The notes under the pieces are model-generated. The model saw only the letters and a program-made list of their open reading frames with translations. It searched no databases and was not told the DNA's origin. The translations under genes and the position numbers were made by a program. 64,000 bases of DNA from positions 3,475 to 67,474 of the forward strand of contig JBKJQG010000357.1 in the NCBI GenBank assembly GCA_046594925.1, written 5' to 3'. The DNA is from Bacteroidia bacterium (GTDB lineage: Bacteria; Bacteroidota; Bacteroidia; 2-12-FULL-35-15). This document shows positions 57,254 through 64,000 of the stretch, in pieces. Position 1 is the stretch's first letter, and each line of letters opens with the position of its first letter.

Positions 57254-58648
57254 TTATTTACTTAAGTCAGCGAAATTTTTAAAGAAATAAGGAATCGTCT
57301 CAATGCCTTTGAAGTAATTGAAAACACCGTAATGTTCGTTAGGTGAGTGAATGGCATCGGAATCCAGACCAAAGCCCATCAACACGGAATCTAATCCCAG
57401 TTCTGATTTAAACATCGCAACGATCGGAATGCTTCCTCCGCTACGGACCGGTACTGGCTTTTTTCCAAAGGTCGTTTCCATCGCCATGCTTGCTGCTTTG
57501 TAAGCTACCGAAGTGCTCGGTGTTACAACCGGCTCTCCTCCGTGGTGAGGCGTTACTTTTACGCTGACAGATTTCGGAGCGATGCTTTTGAAATAGTCCG
57601 TGAAGATCTTCATGATCTTTTCGCTGTCCTGATGAGGAACCAAGCGCATGGAAATTTTTGCATATGCTTTTGATGCGATCACCGTTTTGGCTCCTTCACC
57701 CTGATAACCGCCCCAGATACCATTCACATCCAGGGTCGGACGGATCGAATTGCGTTCGTTGGTGCTGAATCCTTCTTCTCCGTGAATGTCGGAAAGGTTC
57801 AAGGATTTTTTATATTCGTCCAGACTGAATGGAGCTTTTGCCATTTCAGCACGCTCTTCAGCAGTTAAAATTTCAACATCATCATAGAATCCAGGAATGG
57901 TGATGTGGTTCTTGTCGTCTTTCATTTTTGCAATCATTTCGCAAAGAATGTTGATCGGATTGGCAACAGCGCCTCCATAAAGTCCGGAATGTAAGTCGCG
58001 GTTAGGGCCTGTCACTTCTACTTCTACATAAGCCAGACCTCTCAGTCCGACGGTGATGGAAGGAATGTCGTTTGCAATGATTCCCGTATCAGAGATCACA
58101 ATCACATCCGCTTTTAATTTTTCCTTGTTCTGTTTTACAAATGTGCCCAGGTTATTGGAACCAACTTCTTCTTCTCCTTCGATCATGAATTTCACGTTGC
58201 AGGGAAGCGAGTTCGTCTGCACCATCAATTCAAATGCTTTCACGTGCATATACATTTGTCCTTTATCATCACAGGATCCTCTTGCGAAGATCGCTCCCTG
58301 CGGATGCAAGTCTGTTTTTTTGATCACCGGCTCGAATGGTCCGGATGTCCATAATTCAAGGGGATCAGCGGGCTGAACATCGTAATGTCCGTAGACCAGT
58401 ACCGTCGGTAAATTTTTATCTATGATCTTTTCTCCGTATACGATCGGGTATCCTGCTGTTTCGCAAATCTCCACGTTCTCTGCCCCGGCTGCAATCAATT
58501 TGTCTTTTATCAGCGCTGCCGTTTTCACTACATCCTCTTTGTACTTGGGATCTGCACTTACGGAAGGAATGCGGAGAATCTCAAAAAGTTCATTCAAAAA
58601 ACGGTCTTTGTTTTTTTCTATATAAGAGTTGATCGCTGGATTTGTCAT
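57254..58648 (-). CDS. M20-family dipeptidase
   Basis: M20 motifs: HYDVQP (metal-binding His), GSCDDKG, EGEEE(VG) and a dimerisation domain; 464 aa. Confidence 0.85.
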   Translation of the reverse strand: MTNPAINSYIEKNKDRFLNELFEILRIPSVSADPKYKEDVVKTAALIKDKLIAAGAENVEICETAGYPIVYGEKIIDKNLPTVLVYGHYDVQPADPLELWTSGPFEPVIKKTDLHPQGAIFARGSCDDKGQMYMHVKAFELMVQTNSLPCNVKFMIEGEEEVGSNNLGTFVKQNKEKLKADVIVISDTGIIANDIPSITVGLRGLAYVEVEVTGPNRDLHSGLYGGAVANPINILCEMIAKMKDDKNHITIPGFYDDVEILTAEERAEMAKAPFSLDEYKKSLNLSDIHGEEGFSTNERNSIRPTLDVNGIWGGYQGEGAKTVIASKAYAKISMRLVPHQDSEKIMKIFTDYFKSIAPKSVSVKVTPHHGGEPVVTPSTSVAYKAASMAMETTFGKKPVPVRSGGSIPIVAMFKSELGLDSVLMGFGLDSDAIHSPNEHYGVFNYFKGIETIPYFFKNFADLSK

Positions 58649-59116
58649 TTATACTTAGTATTAAGTTAGAATTCTGCTTGGAGATTTTGTGCCGACAAAT
58701 TTGCAATTATTATCGACACCAGCCTTTTTTTGTTAAAAAATTAAGCGGGCTCCGGTTCCGCTTGAAAACTAAGTTGGTCAAAGCCCGGTAGTTTTCAAAT
58801 TCTTCATAAATAAAGACCATTAGGACTTAAAATGGGCATTTTTTTGTGGTTTTTTCTCAAAATAGCGCCTTCAAAGCATAAGAATTGTCAAAAACACATT
58901 TTCAGGAGCCCTCAAAAATGTAGTAATTGTGTTGAAATATTAAGTTCTGCCTGCAACTATCTGGCTGAAAACCTCATCTGATGATATGTTGGAAGGCAAT
59001 AAGCTGGTTAAAAGCGACAATTTTTGTTCGATGAACTTGTAATAAGAACAGTTTAATCATATATTTTTAACGACTTTTTGATATATTTGCTTGATAGCCA
59101 GATTACAATAAAAAAA

Positions 59117-61282
59117 ATGCATTTCATCCTACACAGGTTTAAAACTATCTTTTTTTCCCTTACTGCCTTGGTCATACCAAGTCTGCTGGATGCCCAGTTG
59201 ACGGTAAGCACTTTGCCTGCTCCGACGTTCATGGTGCAGAACGTGCTTTTAGGTGGCGGTTTGACAGCCAGCGGGATCACTTACACCGGCAGCCCCGGAG
59301 CAAGAGGAACTTTCAATGGAGTGGCTTCCAATATTGGTTTCGCATCGGGGGTGATCCTCACCACGGGCGACCTGAACAATGCGATCGGGCCGAACAACAT
59401 GTCCGGAGCATCATTGAGCAATCTGCTTCCGGGAGACCCGGATCTGAACATCATCATGTCACCGGTAGTGAGTTTTGATGCTACTATCCTCGAGTTTGAT
59501 TTTACAGCAACTTCCGATACTCTGAAATTCAATTATGTTTTTGGCTCCGAAGAATACATGGAGTTTGTCAGTTCAACTCCCGGCGGCATCAATGACGGAT
59601 TCGGTTTCTTCATCAGCGGCCCGGGTATCAGCGGTCCGTTCAGCGGAGGTGCCGAAAACATTGCACTCATCCCAGGAACGGCTTTACCCGTTACCATGTT
59701 CAACCTCAACCTGAATGTGAACTCGGCGTATTATTTCGACAATGGTGACGGATTCGGATCGGGTACGGCTCCTGACGGGCTGAGTGTTCAGTATGACGGA
59801 TTCACGGTGCCTTTGACGGCTACCGCCATTTTGCAATGCGGACAAACATACCACATCAAGCTCGCGATCGCTGATGGCGGAGATGACCAGTTGGATTCAG
59901 GAGTTTTCATTGAGGAAGGAAGTTTTGTCAGTACTGGAAATGTTTTCATGTCTTCCGCTACTAGTTTTGGTGGTGCGGCTACAGGAAACGATACCACCAT
60001 CTATGAAGGCTGCGGCTTCGCTTCGATCTTGTTCGACCGCGGAACAAACAATTTGGCTGTTGCAGATACTTTTTATTTTACGCTTGCCGGAACGGCCATC
60101 AACGGTTCAGATTATTCCCCTATCATCGATAGTGTTTTTTTTCCGATAGGACAAGATACAGCATACGTCACCATCAATTCAATAGCTGATGCACTGGTCG
60201 AAGGAACCGAAACGGTGATACTGACGGTTTACGCCAGCACTCCTTGCGGAAACGATACCGCTTCACTCACGTTGCTCATCGTTGATTCGCCTCCTCTTAC
60301 AGTAAGTGTTAACAACGATAGTATCCTTGCTTGTCCTTTCATCAGTATTCCTCTGACTGCTGTCGCCGCTGGTGGCGTGGGCATCGGAAATTATAATTAT
60401 ACCTGGACGAACAGCTCCAGCACTGCCGCCGTGGCGAATGTAAGTCCGGCAATAACAACAACGTATGTGGTTACAGTGACCGACAGCTGCGGAAATACAG
60501 CCAGTGACAACGTCACCATCACCGTTGTTCCATACACACCTTTGCAAATGACCCTGAGTAACGATACTAGTATTTGCAGTGGCATCAGCGTCTTGCTCGA
60601 CGCCAACCCAAGCCTCGGGCTTCCCGATTATGTTTACAATTGGTCGCCTTCTATTTCCATCATTGATTCAGCAACGGTAGCTCCTGCTGTTTCCACCAGT
60701 TACACCGTGACCGTGACAGATGCTTGCGGGCTAACCATCACGGACATTGTGGATGTTATCGTTTTTCCTATTCATGCGGAGTTCGGACAAGACTTTGTGA
60801 CGAATCAAAGCATTCAGTTTTATGATCAATCCACCGGTGCTGTTTCATACTATTGGAATTTCGGTGACGGCTCTGAAGATTCTGTTTCGACGTTGCAGAA
60901 TCCTTCACACAATTACTTGCAGGAAGGAACTTATACGGTAATGCTGGTGACAACCAACGTGGAAGGCTGTAAGGACACAACTTATCAGGTCCTAAATGTC
61001 CTGCCTGATTTTTATTTTTATTTCCCTAATGCTTTTTCTCCGAATGGAAACGGCAGGAACGATGTATTCATGGGATACGGCGCAGGAATTAAAAAATACA
61101 GCATGAGAATTTATGACCGTTGGGGAGAACTGGTTTTTTCAACAGAGGACATCGATACAGGATGGGATGGAACTTTCAAAGGAAGTCAATCTCCCTCCGC
61201 AGTGTATGCCGTCATATTTGATCTGGAGGGGTATCATGATGAAGTCAAAAGATATTTAGGAAGTGTCACATTAGTTAAATAG
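59117..61282 (+). CDS. secreted adhesin-like protein: N-terminal choice-of-anchor-L-like domain, PKD domain, C-terminal CHU_C / T9SS type-B sorting domain
   Basis: Signal peptide MHFILHRFKTIFFSLTALVIPSLLDAQ. PKD (YWNFGDGS...NPSHNY...GTYTV.LV). C-terminus FPNAFSPNGNGRNDVF..........RIYDRWGELVF........WDG is the gliding-motility-associated C-terminal domain. Confidence 0.8.
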   Translation: MHFILHRFKTIFFSLTALVIPSLLDAQLTVSTLPAPTFMVQNVLLGGGLTASGITYTGSPGARGTFNGVASNIGFASGVILTTGDLNNAIGPNNMSGASLSNLLPGDPDLNIIMSPVVSFDATILEFDFTATSDTLKFNYVFGSEEYMEFVSSTPGGINDGFGFFISGPGISGPFSGGAENIALIPGTALPVTMFNLNLNVNSAYYFDNGDGFGSGTAPDGLSVQYDGFTVPLTATAILQCGQTYHIKLAIADGGDDQLDSGVFIEEGSFVSTGNVFMSSATSFGGAATGNDTTIYEGCGFASILFDRGTNNLAVADTFYFTLAGTAINGSDYSPIIDSVFFPIGQDTAYVTINSIADALVEGTETVILTVYASTPCGNDTASLTLLIVDSPPLTVSVNNDSILACPFISIPLTAVAAGGVGIGNYNYTWTNSSSTAAVANVSPAITTTYVVTVTDSCGNTASDNVTITVVPYTPLQMTLSNDTSICSGISVLLDANPSLGLPDYVYNWSPSISIIDSATVAPAVSTSYTVTVTDACGLTITDIVDVIVFPIHAEFGQDFVTNQSIQFYDQSTGAVSYYWNFGDGSEDSVSTLQNPSHNYLQEGTYTVMLVTTNVEGCKDTTYQVLNVLPDFYFYFPNAFSPNGNGRNDVFMGYGAGIKKYSMRIYDRWGELVFSTEDIDTGWDGTFKGSQSPSAVYAVIFDLEGYHDEVKRYLGSVTLVK

Positions 61283-61299
61283 CAAAAAATCAAATCCGA

Positions 61300-64000
61300 A
61301 TGAAATCAGTCATTACAAAAATTACAACAGGAATTGCCACAGTACTTTTCTTTAATACGGCTTCGGCTCAATTAGTTGTCGCAGCTGCCACTCCGGCTCA
61401 ACTGGTTGATACACTATTGGGGACAGGGATTACTGTAAGTGGGATCACATATACGGGAGCGGTGAATGCCCGTGGTACCTTCGGTGGTGTATCTAATATA
61501 GGTTTTCCTTCGGGAGTACTTTTGACTTCGGGAAACATTATTAATGCAGTCGGGCCAAACAACACTTCCGGTGCTTCTTTAAGTAATGGGCTTGTGGGCG
61601 ATCCGGATTTGGATATCATCATGTCTCCAACCATGAGTTTCGATGCTACGATTTTAGAATTCGATTTTATTCCGACGTCTGATACGGTTAAATTTAATTA
61701 TGTTTTTGCTTCTGAAGAATACATGGAGTTTGTTAGCACAACTCCGGGAGGGATCAATGATGGATTTGGATTTTTTATCAGCGGCCCCGGTATTTCCGGT
61801 CCATTCAGCGGCGGTGCAGAAAATATTGCAATTATTCCCGGAACAACGTTGCCTGTGACAATGTTCAATTTGAATTTGTACAGTTACTCAGCATACTATT
61901 TTGACAATGGTGATGGCTTTGGAAGTGGTACGGCGCCAGATGGTGCTACCATTCAATACGACGGGTTCACCGTGCCTCTCACAGCAACCGCTGCTGTTCT
62001 ATGCGGACAAACATATCACATTAAACTTGCAGTTGGAGACGGTGGCGATCATGTCCTCGATTCCGGAGTGTTTTTGGAAGAGGGAAGTTTCACCAGCCAA
62101 GGTGTTCAGATCATTCCTGAAATTTCTTACGGTGGTCCGAATGACTCTGTTTTGTATGAAGGATGTGGATTGGCATGTATCTATTTCGTACGTTCTTCAA
62201 ATCTCGCAAATGCCGACACGGTAAATTTAACCATCGCGGGATCTGCTGTTAATGGAGTGGATTACAATACAGGAGCTCTCGGCGTTCCCTTGCCTTCCGT
62301 ATTGATTTTTGCACCGGGACAAGATTCTATTTCTTATTGCATCAATGCTGTACCGGATGGAGTTTTGGAAGGACTAGACACAATCGATTTGACAATTTTT
62401 CTGACTGGGATATGTGGTGGAACGACTACTAACGCGACAGTTTACCTGAATGAATTTGATTCACTCTCTGTGATTATGAGCACAGATACAAGTATTTGCA
62501 GTGGTTCTGGCGCGGCAACGATAACAGGACTGGTCACCGGTGGGGTTGCTCCTTACACGTATTCATGGTCGGGTGGGGCTGGCAGCGCTTCTTCGGTCGC
62601 AGTAACTCCGGTTGCTACTACAACGTATACTTTAACAGTGAGCGATGCCTGCACGAATTCGGTCGACCCTACACCAAACGTGTCGGATAGCGTTTTGGTA
62701 ACTGCGATTCCTGCACCCGTCATGATCATAAATACTCAGGTTGCAGCAGTGAATGATTCAACGATGTTCGAAGGATGCGTGGGCTCCACCTGTTTTCATT
62801 TTATAAGAACATCTACTCTTACTGTAGCCGATACCTTTAACATCACCATTGGCGGAACCGCTACAAACGGAATCGATTATAGTGTTACGCCTGGCGCTAC
62901 TGCTTTGCCAAATCAAATCATTTTCCCTATCGGAGTGGATTCTGTTCAATATTGCATTGATGCAGGAATCGATGCTGTTGAAGGCGTTGAAACTATCTTG
63001 TTGAGTGTAATTCAAGGAGCTGTCTGCCCTCAGCCAATCAGTTTCGCCAATTTATATATTCAGGACGTAAGCCCAATGACAATTGTCACCAGCGGAGATA
63101 CATCTTATTGCGGTTCGGGTACAGCTACAATTAGCGGTGTTATCACGGGAGGCGTACTTCCATATACCTATTCCTGGTCGGGTGGAGCCGGATCTGCAGC
63201 TACGGTTGCGGTGAGCCCGGGCGCTGGTAACACAACCTATTACCTGACAGTAGGTGACGCCTGTACAAACACCGTTGATCCGACACCAAGTGTAATGGAT
63301 AGTGTTTTGGTAACTGTATTTCCTGCGCCGGTAATGACCATCAGTACGCAAATTGCAGCGGTGAACGATTCTACTTTGTTTGAAGGCTGTACACCTGCAT
63401 GCTTTTATTTTATCAGAACTTCTCCGCTTACAGTCGCAGATACTTTTAACATCAGCATAGGAGGAACGGCAACGAACGGAACAGATTATAGCGTTAGTCC
63501 AGGAAGTTTACCATTGCCCAACCAGATCATCTTTCCGATAGGTGTGGATTCTGTTCAATATTGTATCAGCGCAGGAATCGATGGCGTTGAAGGAATTGAG
63601 ACCATCGTTCTGAATGTCATTCAAGGCGCGGTATGTCCTCAGCCGATCAGCATTGCCAACTTATATGTCCAAGATGTAACACCGATGTCAATTGCTGTTA
63701 GCGGAGACACAACATTTTGTAGTTTTGGCGGTGTAGCACCTTTGGGTGTCATGGTAACAGGCGGACTTCAGCCCTATACGTACACATGGAGCGGAGGTTT
63801 ACCGTCCACTCCAAATCCCAGCCCTACTGTAACAACAACGACTACTTATACTGTTACGGTTGCTGATGCTTGTCCCACTTCAACTCCTTCCGTTACCAAT
63901 TCTGTAACAGTAACTGTAATAACTTTTGCTTCTATGGTAGCAACAGCAGGCTCCGATATGCTCGTTTGCCCTGGCGATCTTGTCGCGCTGAACGGACAAA
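61300..64000 (+). CDS. paralogous adhesin-like protein (5' portion; continues beyond the window)
   Basis: My own translation from the ATG at 61300: MKSVITKITTGIATVLFFNTASAQLVVAAATPAQLVDTLLGTGITVSGITYTG..., about 70% identical to the N-terminus of the 59117 gene. No stop before 64000. Confidence 0.8.
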   Translation, partial: MKSVITKITTGIATVLFFNTASAQLVVAAATPAQLVDTLLGTGITVSGITYTGAVNARGTFGGVSNIGFPSGVLLTSGNIINAVGPNNTSGASLSNGLVGDPDLDIIMSPTMSFDATILEFDFIPTSDTVKFNYVFASEEYMEFVSTTPGGINDGFGFFISGPGISGPFSGGAENIAIIPGTTLPVTMFNLNLYSYSAYYFDNGDGFGSGTAPDGATIQYDGFTVPLTATAAVLCGQTYHIKLAVGDGGDHVLDSGVFLEEGSFTSQGVQIIPEISYGGPNDSVLYEGCGLACIYFVRSSNLANADTVNLTIAGSAVNGVDYNTGALGVPLPSVLIFAPGQDSISYCINAVPDGVLEGLDTIDLTIFLTGICGGTTTNATVYLNEFDSLSVIMSTDTSICSGSGAATITGLVTGGVAPYTYSWSGGAGSASSVAVTPVATTTYTLTVSDACTNSVDPTPNVSDSVLVTAIPAPVMIINTQVAAVNDSTMFEGCVGSTCFHFIRTSTLTVADTFNITIGGTATNGIDYSVTPGATALPNQIIFPIGVDSVQYCIDAGIDAVEGVETILLSVIQGAVCPQPISFANLYIQDVSPMTIVTSGDTSYCGSGTATISGVITGGVLPYTYSWSGGAGSAATVAVSPGAGNTTYYLTVGDACTNTVDPTPSVMDSVLVTVFPAPVMTISTQIAAVNDSTLFEGCTPACFYFIRTSPLTVADTFNISIGGTATNGTDYSVSPGSLPLPNQIIFPIGVDSVQYCISAGIDGVEGIETIVLNVIQGAVCPQPISIANLYVQDVTPMSIAVSGDTTFCSFGGVAPLGVMVTGGLQPYTYTWSGGLPSTPNPSPTVTTTTTYTVTVADACPTSTPSVTNSVTVTVITFASMVATAGSDMLVCPGDLVALNGQ
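62160..63960 (+). repeat. about 600-bp tandem coding repeats (3 copies, about 80% identity) inside the 61300 gene
   Basis: 62461-62760 aligns with 63061-63360, and 62761-63060 aligns with 63361-63660, for example ...gttttggtaactg(c/t)(g/a)(a)ttcctgc(a/g)cc(c/g)gt(c/a)atga(t/c)cat... Confidence 0.8.

Noticed and set aside
58649-59116. Possible small RNA or tRNA in the long AT-rich intergenic region upstream of the adhesin pair
   Set aside because: No cloverleaf-compatible segments, no conserved sRNA motif, and only a weak 6-bp hairpin. Treated as a long promoter or leader region.

Overview
This 64 kb window is a chromosomal segment from a Bacteroidetes genome (roughly 42% GC, Flavobacteriia/Sphingobacteriia-like). 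It is mostly housekeeping genes, with several large surface proteins secreted by the type IX secretion system (T9SS).

Gene content, in order:
- The 3' end of a very large sprA-like gene, followed by gcvH, a VanZ-like protein and a GNAT acetyltransferase.
- A 1,341-aa repeat adhesin with a T9SS sorting domain.
- Sulfate activation genes cysN-cysD-cysC on the minus strand and cysQ on the plus strand, separated by deoC and two aldehyde-dehydrogenase-family genes, the second being a truncated N-terminal-only paralog.
- A PKD-domain protein with a T9SS sorting domain.
- gmd-fcl for GDP-fucose synthesis, then a WecA/MraY-family transferase flanked by two paralogous outer-membrane beta-barrel proteins.
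- A heme-copper oxidase accessory cluster: ctaB, two COX3-like genes, a CoxIV-like gene, SCO1, DUF420 and a small membrane protein.
- Two divergent pairs of paralogous sensor proteins built from TPR repeats and a transmembrane segment. The minus-strand pair carries a C-terminal SpoIIE/PP2C phosphatase domain; the plus-strand pair is truncated exactly where that domain should begin.
- A SAM-I riboswitch with a terminator, upstream of a co-oriented, tightly packed run: class I methyltransferase, the two truncated TPR genes, then metH.
- A WG-repeat protein, an orphan HisKA_2 histidine kinase, an SF1 helicase, TolC plus a membrane-fusion protein, tsaB, a DUF255 thioredoxin-domain protein, an M90 peptidase, an M20 dipeptidase, and two tandem paralogous adhesins with a CHU_C/T9SS type-B domain (the second runs off the window end).

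Main things worth a second look:
1. metH carries an in-frame ~145-aa insertion encoding a DUF559 (Vsr-like PD-(D/E)XK endonuclease) module, bounded by two GC-rich REP-like direct repeats. Related repeats occur at other intergenic sites in the window.
2. tsaB contains an in-frame heptanucleotide microsatellite, (ACTCCCN) about 22 times.
3. The SAM-I riboswitch has an unusually long P3 insertion and sits ahead of an apparent operon ending in metH.
4. The paired PP2C-less TPR sensor paralogs.
5. Several dispersed short repeat and palindrome families, and a terminator-like hairpin in the cysC leader.

No rRNA, tRNA or CRISPR array was seen.
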